Source of the DNA: Octopus bimaculoides
Lineage: Eukaryota
Reading direction: 5' to 3'
NCBI RefSeq assembly: GCF_001194135.2
Contig: NC_068981.1
Coordinates: forward strand, 91,658,609-91,696,169
DNA length: 37,561 bases
Position numbers and translations under genes: made by a program. Positions 1-11,438 of this stretch are shown here, piece after piece (position 1 is the stretch's first letter; the number at the start of each line of letters is the position of its first letter). Below the pieces are notes generated by a model. The model made no database searches and was not told where the DNA came from. It worked only from the letters and a program-made list of their open reading frames with translations.

Positions 1-450
1 ATATACGTGTATATGTTTATTTGCTGTCACTGAGTTTCAATATACCGGAAGACAAATTTCCAGAACATTCATCTGGAATGGGGAAACTATGATACTGGCA
101 AACCTCTAGACTCGTCGATCATATCGACAAACGCACCCTGCCACACTCAGACACTGTAACTCTCTTATAAAAGACTATATCTATAATTGAAAGAAAATGT
201 AGGTTGTTAGAACTTTGTACATATTAAGGGTATTTGAAATTTGATTATATCTGAGTATTTAAAGAGTTTAGCCAAACACTTACAATGTCATGTTAAAAAT
301 TGATAAATACGTCAATTATATATTTACTTAAAGTTCGCCATGAGGAGCTATAAATATTACTCAACCGCTCTTTATACCTGAAACTGTTTCGCTAATTTCA
401 GTTTGCGTTGTATCTGCTCATAGACGTCTATTTACTTACATTCACACATC

Positions 451-888
451 TTACAGTTTTGCATAAAATATATTATTGGGTTGTCCGGAATGTTCGTGCC
501 GATTTTCCAAATGGTTCTTCTCACTCAAATCATGTGGTACCCAAACATCATAGCGATTTGTGTACCCAAGCTTTACCAGGTGCTCATGAACGACGGATTT
601 TGATAGGTTGAGGCTTTCTGCCAATTCTTGGGTTGTGCAATGTGGGTTATTCTCATTTGATGACGTGATTTGGTCATCATCTATTGTGGATGGTCTGCCT
701 GATCGCTCTTTATCAATAAGGCTACAATCTCCAGCTCGGAAGCTTGCGAACCACTTCCGTACAATTCTTTCGGATAAAGAAATATCACTGTAAACTGAGC
801 ATATTTCTTTCGTTGCTAGTGAGGCACTTTTGCCTTTACAGAAAAGGAAAAGCATCAAGTGCCGAAAATGAACTTTCTTATCTTCCGT
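451..888 (-). pseudogene. Truncated mariner transposase, DNA-binding region only
   Basis: Frame reads (ACG)EDKKVHFRHLMLFLFCKGKSAS...RKWFASFRAGD...RSGRPS...TTQELAESL...WVPHDLSEKNHL, then runs directly into the TIR. The ancestral start appears mutated to ACG (886-888). The catalytic DDD domain is absent. Confidence 0.88.
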
Positions 889-1070
889 TTGAAAGGGTTA
901 CAGAAATAACACAACTTATAGGAACATAAACCTTCTTCCACGAAAAGATAGCTTAAACTGCGCTCTAAATGGAGGTGTAGTCAAATCTTATTCTATGGAC
1001 TGATCCATGTTCTAAAATAAGTCGAAAGGTAAGATACTATAAATCGGCACGAACTTTCCAGACAACACAA
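476..1070 (-). mobile_element. Internally deleted mariner (Tc1/mariner, mellifera-like) with both TIRs and TA target duplication
   Basis: TIRs 476-505 (TTGGGTTGTCCGGAATGTTCGTGCCGATTT) and 1041-1070 match 27/30 as inverted repeats. TA at 474-475 and 1071-1072. Internal frame encodes the mariner N-terminal HTH region and WVPHDL linker. Confidence 0.93.
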
Positions 1071-1291
1071 TAAAATGTATTCGGCAGTAGGTCATATATT
1101 AGGAAGTCAATATTTAACAACGGAGTGGAAGCATAGTTTACTTTTGGGAGAAGGGTAATTATAGTTAATATCATTCAGAAATTTATCTGACACGACAGAA
1201 TTTACTTCGTAATTTTCAAGACTTGAATATGTATCTTCTAAGCTTTTCATTGAGCAGGCTTATCAATCTGCTGATGTAAATATATATATAT

Positions 1292-1322
<31 letters not shown>

Positions 1323-2004
1323 CATGTATATGTGCGGGCGTGTATGTGTGTGTACGTGTGTGTTCATATACACAAACATTGTTATTTATACACACGCATA
1401 CATATAGACGCACAAAATGTACTTACATACATATAACATGTTTCGTAATAATTCAAAATGGCTGCGACGTTGATGTTTTATTGGCAATGGCTTTTATTTT
1501 ATTTTTTTTTAAGAATACGAATTTCAGATACATATATTAGTAAAACGATATTCAAAGAAACCCGGATAGTAATTAAATATCGCGTTCCGAGGTAGTGATA
1601 AAACACGAAGTTCTATGACTAGATGTACAGAGAGTGTAAGTAGCAAATCATATACTATAAACACAATAGACTATCCAAAGTACAATGAACGAATAAATCG
1701 CTTAAAAACCATGGTACTAAGTTATCGTTTCAGGCATTTTCTCTTGTTTCTTACTAGCGCCGTGCTCATCTTTTTCTTCATCCATTCCATCGGATGAAAT
1801 TAACACCCTGTATCTCAAAGTTTCTTCCTGTGTTATTCTAATAATTTACACTTTTTTATTTTCCACTGAAGAGCTGTCACAAGCCGCGTCACTGCTGTTA
1901 AACATTATAGAGCATCTCCGGTGGGGAATCAATGATCCTGCATTCTGCGTGACGCGTGGAGATACCATTATAATACCGTGGACTTTAATTCTTTTGCCTA
2001 CACG

Positions 2005-2150
2005 CACGTATGTATGTATGTATGTATGTATGTATGTATGTATGTATGTATGTATGTATGTATGCATGTATGCATGTATGTATGTAAGTGTGTTTTATGT
2101 AAGCATGCATGTATGTACGTACATACGTATGTATGCATGCATGTGTGTGT
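2005..2150. repeat. (ATGT)n microsatellite with degenerate flank
   Basis: Direct reading of the sequence. Confidence 0.95.
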
Positions 2151-2154
2151 ATCT

Positions 2155-2256
2155 CTGTGTTCGTGTTTGGCACCACACCACAACATAGCAGTTTGACAAA
2201 AAACTGTAGTAGAATAAGTCCCAGACTTAAATGTAAGTAACGGGGTCGATTTGTTC
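2155..2256 (+). mobile_element. 3' fragment of the tRNA-derived SINE family seen at 4187-4585
   Basis: AACATAGCAGTTTGACAAAA...TAGAATAAGT...CTT...TAAGT...GGGTCGATTTG aligns with the reverse complement of about 4257-4332. Confidence 0.7.
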
Positions 2257-2581
2257 CATATTCCTGGAATTTGAACATGACATAAACCGAAGAAACCAAT
2301 TACTGTCAGAATAACACCGTTATCAAAGAATTCTGACAGTTTGTCGTATTTATCCAACGTAGAAAACTTACATCCTGCAACAAATTACTTACTGGATAAA
2401 ATATACTGTGAATGTTTGCAGCCATAATAAAACAATGCCTTCATAGATTTTAGTCACTTATGCACTTGCACTCAAGCGATTTCACACTGAGTACAGTAGC
2501 AGTTCATCAGATATGGACACATGGGATGCAAATGGGGTAAAGAAGGCACTATTTACATTTGAGGTAGTTATCTTTCCATTT

Positions 2582-2681
<100 letters not shown>

Positions 2682-3469
2682 CCATTCACACAGACGCACG
2701 CACATACACGCGCAGATACATATATACACAGACATGTATGTAAGTGTAAGTCTGCGTGTGTCTATGTGTCTATGTATATATTAAACCTGTGATTAACCAC
2801 TTAGAATACAGAATGACTAATTGCAATAAAGCACGGCAGATATAATACTAACTGCGAACGCGATTTAATTAAAACAGTCATATCAAATAAATGCAGTTTT
2901 GTGTTAATAAATCATGCATGCATACGCACAATTATGTATCATATCAATTGCAATTACGTTTATTGTGTTTGCTTTCTTATCTGTAAAAAAACTTTAGATT
3001 AAATCTGGAGAACAAATTGGAAACAACCTAGACTGTTCGAATGATCATTCCTGATATATGAAGTTTACAGGCTTTCAGAATTTTCGCCAAATTAAATTGG
3101 ATAAAAATATTCTATGTTTAAGAGACAGAATCTTTACTGATTTGAATATCAAGGTAGCGGTGAGTGTGCATTAATTGACTAATGAAACAAATTACTTGCA
3201 AGTTACTCATACATACGCTGTCCGTTGCCTCAAAGCAATATCTATAAATAGTTATAAATTGCCTCTCATTTCTGCACAAACAGCAAACTAATCAAGTGTG
3301 ATAATTCGGTAAGTAGAATGCCACACTACTTATGCTATAATCCGGTCGGGTCTGCCTCGTGGTCTAACAGCACACATATTAATACAACTGTAACTTAAAC
3401 GTACGTATGGATTTAAATATGTTCATTTACATTCTTAGTTTACACGTGACAGAGCCATTTTTGTTAAGC

Positions 3470-3509
<40 letters not shown>

Positions 3510-4122
3510 TGTATATATATATATATATATATATATAACGTAAATTGAAAACAGNNNNNNNNNNNNNNNNNNNNNNNNNNNNNNNNNNNNNNNNNNNNNN
3601 NNNNNNNNNNNNNNNNNNNNNNNNNNNNNNNNNNNNNNNNNNNNNNNNNNNNNNNNNNNNNNNNNNNNNNNNNNNNNNNNNNNNNNNNNNNNNNNNNNNN
3701 NNNNNNNNNNNNNNNNNNNNNNNNNNNNNNNNNNNNNNNNNNNNNNNNNNNNNNNNNNNNNNNNNNNNNNNNNNNNNNNNNNNNNNNNNNNNNNNNNNNN
3801 NNNNNNNNNNNNNNNNNNNNNNNNNNNNNNNNNNNNNNNNNNNNNNNNNNNNNNNNNNNNNNNNNNNNNNNNNNNNNNNNNNNNNNNNNNNNNNNNNNNN
3901 NNNNNNNNNNNNNNNNNNNNNNNNNNNNNNNNNNNNNNNNNNNNNNNNNNNNNNNNNNNNNNNNNNNNNNNNNNNNNNNNNNNNNNNNNNNNNNNNNNNN
4001 NNNNNNNNNNNNNNNNNNNNNNNNNNNNNNNNNNNNNNNNNNNNNNNNNNNNNNNNNNNNNNNNNNNNNNNNNNNNNNNNNNNNNNNNNNNNNNNNNNNN
4101 NNNNNNNNNNNNNNNNNNNNNN

Positions 4123-4155
<33 letters not shown>

Positions 4156-4186
4156 TAAATTATATTATATACACATATATTATATA

Positions 4187-4585
4187 TGCTCTTTTACTCT
4201 TTTATTTGTTTCAGTCATTTGACTGCCGCCATGCTAGAGCACCGCCTTCAGTCGCGCAAATCGACCCTAGGACTTATTCTTTGTAAGCCTAATACTTATT
4301 CTATCGGTTTCTTTTGCCGAACCGCTATGTTACGGGGACGTAAACACACCAGCATCGGTTGTCAAGCGATGTTGGGGGGACAAACACAGACGCACAAACA
4401 TATACACACACATACATATATACATATATATACGACGGACCTCTTTCAGTTTCCGTCTACCAAATCCACTCACAAGGATTTGGTCGGCCCGAGGCTATAG
4501 TAGAAGACACTTGCCCAAGGTGCCACGCAGTGGGACTGAACCCGGAACCACGTGGTTGGTATGCAAGCTACTTACCACACAGCCA
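4187..4585 (-). mobile_element. Near full-length tRNA-derived SINE with internal microsatellite
   Basis: On the minus strand: A-box-like TGGCTGTGTGG (4585-4575) and B-box-like GGTTCAGTCCC (4542-4532), then the body, an internal (TA/TG) tract, and a tail ending CTGAAACAAATAAAAGAGTAAAAGAG. Confidence 0.85.
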
Positions 4586-5139
4586 ATATATTCATATATA
4601 TATATATANNNNNNNNNNNNNNNNNNNNNNNNNNNNNNNNNNNNNNNNNNNNNNNNNNNNNNNNNNNNNNNNNNNNNNNNNNNNNNNNNNNNNNNNNNNN
4701 NNNNNNNNNNNNNNNNNNNNNNNNNNNNNNNNNNNNNNNNNNNNNNNNNNNNNNNNNNNNNNNNNNNNNNNNNNNNNNNNNNNNNNNNNNNNNNNNNNNN
4801 NNNNNNNNNNNNNNNNNNNNNNNNNNNNNNNNNNNNNNNNNNNNNNNNNNNNNNNNNNNNNNNNNNNNNNNNNNNNNNNNNNNNNNNNNAGAACGTATAT
4901 ATTCAAATGAACATATTTATCTTCTTCAACATATATTTCAGTATAAAGAATTCATTAAGAGACTTAATAAATCAAAATTTCTTTACACATCATTCAGGAA
5001 TAAATATAACATCAGAAAAAATACATTCGGTTTAAAAACACAAACCGTTCATGTCGGAAAAATTTCACAATTACAAAAACCGAACAAAATTTTAAAAGTT
5101 TTAGCAAAAAGAACGCTATTACCTACATACAGGCATCCG

Positions 5140-5554
5140 CGTGTGCGCCCGTACACACACGCACACACGATCATCCACGCACACACGTTCATGCACGCAC
5201 ACACGTGCACGCTCACATACATATGTATGCATGCACAAACAAGCAAAATTCACAAGTCATAAACACATACACACACTCACACATACACATATATACATAC
5301 ACACACACATACATCCACATATATACATATTTATATATATAAAAATATAAAAATATGTTAAAAAAACCTCATTTTAAAATATATTATAAAATTATATATA
5401 CATATACCCAAAAAAATTTAAAAAACCTATACACATACAAAACACCATACACACACATACATACATACATACATATATACATATATATACATGTACATAT
5501 ACATATACATATACACACACATATACATACATACACACATATATGCGTATATAC

Positions 5555-5597
<43 letters not shown>

Positions 5598-5685
5598 TAC
5601 ACACATACAAAACATCACACACACCCATATACACACATTCACATATATATACATATATTCACACATACAAAACATTACCCCCCCC

Positions 5686-5734
<49 letters not shown>

Positions 5735-5890
5735 TTATATACATATAAGTATATATACACACATATGCATACATACACACATACATATACATACACATAC
5801 CCATATACATATATACACACACATACACACATACATACACATATATACACACGTTTTTCCACGTATACCCATGCATATGTATATACACTT
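5140..5890. repeat. Compound (CA)/(TA)/(CATA) microsatellite with recurring CACATACAAAACA blocks
   Basis: Direct reading; explains the H/T/I/Y-rich pseudo-ORFs in the track. Confidence 0.92.
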
Positions 5891-5929
5891 GCACATGTAT
5901 ATGGACGGATGTACGAATAAGTAAATAGA

Positions 5930-6667
5930 GCAATAGCAGAACTAAAAATACTAAAACCCAGACCTTAATACCCGATCATAACAAAGTTCAGCTATAGGAG
6001 AAAATAAACAATGAAATTATCTAAACCAAAAATATGTATGTTTACGAACGTGAACACATCTGAACCCATTATATGTTAGTTTATTAATTAGTTTATGCTT
6101 TGAAAATAGAATAAAAAACAACTCAAGATTGCACAAGTTACAATACCTCCTACCCTTATCGTATGGGAACTGTCTCCCAATAATAGACCATTCTAAAGAA
6201 AAGTTCTTGTTTTGTTCATTTAACCCCCAAATAAACCTACTAAGACTAATACTAGCTATTTTACTCCTATCTCTAAACGTATTAAAGTGACAAGAAATTC
6301 TCCTACAAATCTTATCCGAAGAACAACCCACATAAACACTAACATCTGTATCACCCTTAACCTTACACTGATACACTATATTCCTTAATCTCACATTCGG
6401 ACCCTCAAACTTTAACCTCCTGGGATTAATCTCAGTTACCTCAATCTTAAAACCTATAATATTATTATCTAAGTGAGGGCCCTCATCCCTATTCATTCCA
6501 TTCATGCCTGTCTTAAGAACTTTAGAATTATGTGCTGCAATAATCTGCTCTAGGTTCTTAGTATTGGAAAAACCAAACCTAACACTATGCGTATTAATAA
6601 TTTTACCGTAACGCGAATTTGCAGGGAAATGCTTACTAATTACCTCTTTAAACTGTCTATGTTTGGA
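5930..6667 (-). mobile_element. 5'-truncated Penelope-like retroelement (end of RT thumb, GIY-YIG endonuclease, 3' flank)
   Basis: Upstream extension reads KHFPANSRYGKIINTHSVRFGFSNTKNLEQIIAAHNSKVL, typical of the PLE thumb/linker. It is followed by NIVY...VYVG, CH, LSRFIW, WSII, CNLCNLE, LINK and CVH motifs. The 3' boundary is approximate. Confidence 0.85.
6017..6667 (-). CDS. Stop-free 216-codon frame: Penelope-type GIY-YIG endonuclease (162 aa from ATG 6505)
   Basis: The ORF-track frame 6017-6505 extends without stops to the in-frame TAG at 6668-6670. GIY-YIG bipartite motif IVY-x(11)-YVG, then conserved R, H, E and N. Confidence 0.75.
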   Translation of the reverse strand, partial: SKHRQFKEVISKHFPANSRYGKIINTHSVRFGFSNTKNLEQIIAAHNSKVLKTGMNGMNRDEGPHLDNNIIGFKIEVTEINPRRLKFEGPNVRLRNIVYQCKVKGDTDVSVYVGCSSDKICRRISCHFNTFRDRSKIASISLSRFIWGLNEQNKNFSLEWSIIGRQFPYDKGRRYCNLCNLELFFILFSKHKLINKLTYNGFRCVHVRKHTYFWFR

Positions 6668-6669
6668 CT

Positions 6670-8995
6670 AAATGTAGCCAGAGACATACTGCCTAAAGGA
6701 AGCACCCGAAATCTCTTCAGTTTGAACTTCATGAGGGCGGACTAGAAATCTATCCAAAAAGAGATCCCCAGACAGAACTGGCAGAAGTGTCTCTTCACAC
6801 CAGACATCGGCATGAAGCTAAAGTATTTCATGTCTGTTATGCAAGTTATAAGATGCAAATATGTTCCAGAGAACAAAGCCGAAGAAAAAGGAAGGAGATT
6901 ACAAGGAAGAGGAAGATTCTCATTAGACAACGGACGAAGGTTGCAACTAGCTTCAACCAACTTCCCAAAAGTAGTGAAAGATCCCATCTACAATCAACAC
7001 TGCAGTAGTCTTATTTGAAGCAGAGAGCAGACAAAGAAGCATGGGTTATACAAGACATAAAGTCAAACCCAAAGGCTTTCTTTTATTATGCCAAAGAAAC
7101 GGACTCAGTGCACTGCAAAATAGGACCCCGCTTCCAAAAAGACAATTCCATCACAGATAACCAAACCACGATCAGTGGAGTACAGAATGACCAGTTCTAA
7201 AGTGTCATTACTACCCCGTTGGAACACAGACAAGTGAACGAACCAGTGGATTATTTTGTTGCTTCACCTACTACCATAGAAGCAGTTACGATAAATGACA
7301 TCTACATTGGAGAAGATGTAATACTAACCATAGATGAGGAAGACGCAATCTCAGCTGCTGACCCTGATGGCTTCCCGGAAATCCCATTCAATCGTGCAAA
7401 CGTGCCCTGGCAAAAACGCTACAGATTCTCTTCCAGAGTTCTCTTGAGAATGGAAAGCTACCAAGCAAACTGAAGGAGGGAATAATATATCCATTGCATG
7501 AAGGAGGAAGCAGAGAAGATGCCAAAGATGCCTATCTCACTGACTTCACACATCAGCAAATTCATGGAATGAATAGTCAGAGGAAAAACTTGCTGAGTGA
7601 TACCCAGCATGGTTTTTGACAGGTATGAGATACCTGACCTAGATCCTACAGCAGTATGACTGGGTGTTGAAGTAGCGACTCAACAGCTCAAATGTGGACT
7701 AAAATACCTTGACTTTGCAAAAGCTTATGATAAAGTTGATCCTGGTATGATATGCCACAAACTGCGCGATCTTGGCATAGCTGGAAAACTTGGAGAGTGG
7801 TTACATGACTTTCTGAAAGGTAGAAGTCAGGCAGTGGTAGCCAATGGGACCGACTCAGGGGAAACACACATAACGAGTCTTATTCCAAAGTCTTAGGACC
7901 ATTGCTTTTCATAGCTGCCCTCTCAGATATGCTCTCGGCTGTCCGGATAGCCACCCTTGCTAGCTACGCAGACGATACGAAAGTCTCGCAGAAAATACAA
8001 AACCATAGCGAAGTTGCATGTCTCCAACAGGAGTTGGTCACAATTTACAGATGGGCTGAGGACGATAATATGCAGTTTAATGTTGGAAAATCCCAATCCC
8101 TCTGCTACCAGCACCGAAAAAGGAATGATAAACATACAGGATAAACTGGGCCACGGGGAATTACATTCTCAGGAGCTAAATCACTGCGTGACCTGGGTAT
8201 CGACATGACTGATGATACGTCTTTCCAAGAGCACATTACCAAGATGGCAACAACGTGCAGACGGTTAGCTGGCTGGAACTTGGAGACCTTCAAAACCATA
8301 CAGAAGGAAACCATGATGGTTCTCTGGATGACATTCGTCCTCAGTCACCTGAACTACTGCTCTCAACTATGATTACCCCACAGTGTAAAATTAACAGCGG
8401 ACCTTGAATGATCCAGTGAAGCTACACAAAGATTGTATCATTGCAACAGCCCAGCTACTGGGAAAAGTTGAAACACCTATGACATACTCCCTAGAGCGAA
8501 GGTGGGATACATATGACTGGGTGTTGAAGCAGTGACTCAACAACTCAAATGTGGCCTAATATACCTTGATTTTGTGATATGCATCTGGAGGATCCTGGAA
8601 AGGATTTACCACATATTGGCATTGAAAGCTACACAGACGCCAGAACGGCTCGCCACTGCACAGTGCCAAATATCCCAACAGTGCCGACGCTTTTCTGGAC
8701 CAGTTACTGCAAATATCTAGGCTTCAAAGGCCCACAGATTTTTTATATTCTCCCAAAGAGCCTGAGGGGCATATACAAAGTGGATGCTGGTGTTTTGAAA
8801 ACAAAATTGGATCTCTTCCAATTGAGAGTCCCAGATGAACCTACTTCGCGGCAGGAGGCACAAAGGAGGACAACGACATCAGACTCTCTTATTCACCAAA
8901 TACCACATATCAGAAGAGGCTCTCAAAAAAAACACCGTAGCAAAACGGCTGTGGCCTAGCATGCCCGCTGCTTTGAGCTGAAACCTATAAAAGAT
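6670..8995 (+). mobile_element. Decayed, 5'-truncated CR1/L2-group LINE (linker, reverse transcriptase, C-terminus, 3' tail)
   Basis: Frameshifted motifs in order: LNFMRAD*, NPKAFFYYAK, AADPDGF, LTSHISKFME, YLDFAKAYDKV, LGEWLHDFL, LGPLLFI, YADD (about 7963-7974), RDLGI, YSLERR, GPQIF..LP, VPDEP, SDSLIHQ. No APE endonuclease seen. Many stops and frameshifts. Confidence 0.9.
8512..8574 (+). repeat. 63-bp duplicate of 7655-7717 inserted in the LINE C-terminal region
   Basis: 57/63 identity by manual alignment; it interrupts the YSLERR..Y / VIxIWRILE motif. Confidence 0.9.
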
Positions 8996-9391
8996 ATATA
9001 TNNNNNNNNNNNNNNNNNNNNNNNNNNNNNNNNNNNNNNNNNNNNNNNNNNNNNNNNNNNNNNNNNNNNNNNNNNNNNNNNNNNNNNNNNNNNNNNNNNN
9101 NNNNNNNNNNNNNNNNNNNNNNNNNNNNNNNNNNNNNNNNNNNNNNNNNNNNNNNNNNNNNNNNNNNNNNNNNNNNNNNNNNNNNNNNNNNNNNNNNNNN
9201 NNNNNNNNNNNNNNNNNNNNNNNNNNNNNNNNNNNNNNNNNNNNNNNNNNNNNNNNNNNNNNNNNNNNNNNNNNNNNNNNNNNNNNNNNNNNNNNNNNNN
9301 NNNNNNNNNNNNNNNNNNNNNNNNNNNNNNNNNNNNNNNNNNNNNNNNNNNNNNNNNNNNNNNNNNNNNNNNNNNNNNNNNNNNNNNNNNN

Positions 9392-9439
<48 letters not shown>

Positions 9440-9907
9440 ATACATAAATGTGTGTGTGTGTATGCTGTCCTATATCGTGTGTAACAATACGTGTAGCAAA
9501 TACAACGAATTCTACACCAGAAGTACCATTAGGCAATTGTGTATAAGGATTAAGGACCATCTACAGAAATGCACACTTATCACATCCATTGATGCTGCAG
9601 AAATATAAAGAAATAAAGACGATCTTTTAATTAAAAACATATACCCATATATACCGTGCATGAATAACAGATGGGAGTTACACGCAGCCAATTGGTTACT
9701 ATACTGACCCGTTCAAAGACATACACATTACAGATACGTCTGCGAATAACATTTCTCTAACTGTTTCTAATGGAACGTGTCCTAACTTCATATAATACCA
9801 TCAGTCTGTTACATTTCGCAAACTGCATTGTTTTGGCTTCTTAGAAAAAAAAAATAAAAGCATGCATTCATACAGATGTGTGTACGTCTTTTGTTGTGTA
9901 TGTGAAG

Positions 9908-10200
9908 TTGCCTGGCTTAGCAATTTGGGTATTGGGCTCCCGATCGTAAGGTGGTGAGTTGAGTTTGATACTTGACGGTGTGTCATTGAGCAAGGCCCTT
10001 TATTCCACATTGCTACTTTATTCCATTCTACTCGGCTGATATAAATGAGCTGTGCCAGTGATTCAAAGGGCAGGTCTTATCACATTCACATTTTGTGTCA
10101 CGCTCAATTTTCCTGAGAACTACATCAAGGGATGGCGTTTCTGTGCTCGGCCAAATGCACGTTAATTTCACCGGGACAGTAATCGACGAATTGCCGATGT
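9908..10200 (+). mobile_element. Diverged tRNA-derived SINE, second family
   Basis: A-box-like TGGCTTAG, degenerate B box GAGTTGAGTT, then GTGTCATTGAGCAAGGCCCTTTA, a post-tRNA block typical of many metazoan SINEs. The body matches my recall of an abundant cephalopod repeat. Confidence 0.65.
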
Positions 10201-10795
10201 ATGTTTGCATACATACTATTTAATATTTAGAAATCACGTAATTGTAAACAGAGTAAAAATGTCTTAACTGGTATAACATTTAACTCAGTAACTTAACAGT
10301 GTGAATTACTGTATGAAAATATTTGCATGAATAATGTCTCCCCCCCTCTCTCTCTCTGTATACGTGCGTATGAAAATCTATGTTGCGATGCAAGTGATTA
10401 CTACTATAATCTGTTTCGGTCAATTAAACTAATTATCCATCCTCTACTATTTAATTACTGGCTCGGCATTATTGTTTTGTGCTAAAATGTATGCGTGAGT
10501 GTTTGCACTATCGCGTGTAATTAATACACGAATGTGTGCATGTGAATATTAATGCGATTGCAATTTTTCACATAATGTGTATTTGTACGAATGCTGATAC
10601 CATGTTAATGTTCTTGAAATATTCCCTCCATCCTTCAAATTCAACAGTGCTTGAGATTCCAATTAAAGCCTTCCTATTTGACTTCTGACACTACTTTTCT
10701 TCTCTATTTCGGTTTTTCTCTACTTCCCGTTATATTTAATTACTTTTTTTTTTATTTGAGCTTATTTTCTCTCACCATATTCTTTATACATTTAA

Positions 10796-11019
10796 CCTTT
10801 TAGCATTCAGATTAATAATTCAGTCAAATGTAATGTTTATTTATTCATATTGATTTCAATTAGTTATGCATTATTTTGTAGCTTTGGAATTTCAATGACA
10901 TGAGTGTTTACTTTAAGAATAATACTGTAGGATAAGTGTGACAAGCTAGATGTGGCCAGTTTGAACATAAAACAAGTAGAATGCCTTGGCTGAATACAAC
11001 CGGTTTAAATGCTAAAGGG
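10796..11019. mobile_element. Non-autonomous piggyBac-type MITE (224 bp)
   Basis: TTAA on both sides (10792-10795, 11020-11023). 12-bp TIRs CCTTTTAGCATT / AATGCTAAAGGG with one mismatch. No ORF. Confidence 0.75.
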
Positions 11020-11380
11020 TTAAAATAATGCTGGGATGGTCAGAGCATGTTTATAAAAAAGATAAATATATTTTAATAACTATATCCTGTTTCTTTTAGC
11101 TTTAAAGTTTTATTCTTTCTCATACCTTGGATGTTTCTGATTTTTTGTAACTATATTGAATTTATCTACTGTTTCCATCTCTGAATTCGCATTGATCTGT
11201 GGACGTTGCTTTCTTTAAGCGAAACAAACCTTTGTGTTATATATTTTGCATCATCTTGCTTGATGTTGTCGAGGCGATATTTTGAACTACCATGAATTGA
11301 CCTGAAGATCAGTGACTTTTAGCTTATTTCTCAGCACACTTGCATATTTAGGTATACATACATACATCCACACTCACACA

Positions 11381-11438
<58 letters not shown>

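Noticed and set aside
4500-4585. tRNA gene
   Set aside because: Only A/B-box-like words followed by a SINE body; no complete cloverleaf.
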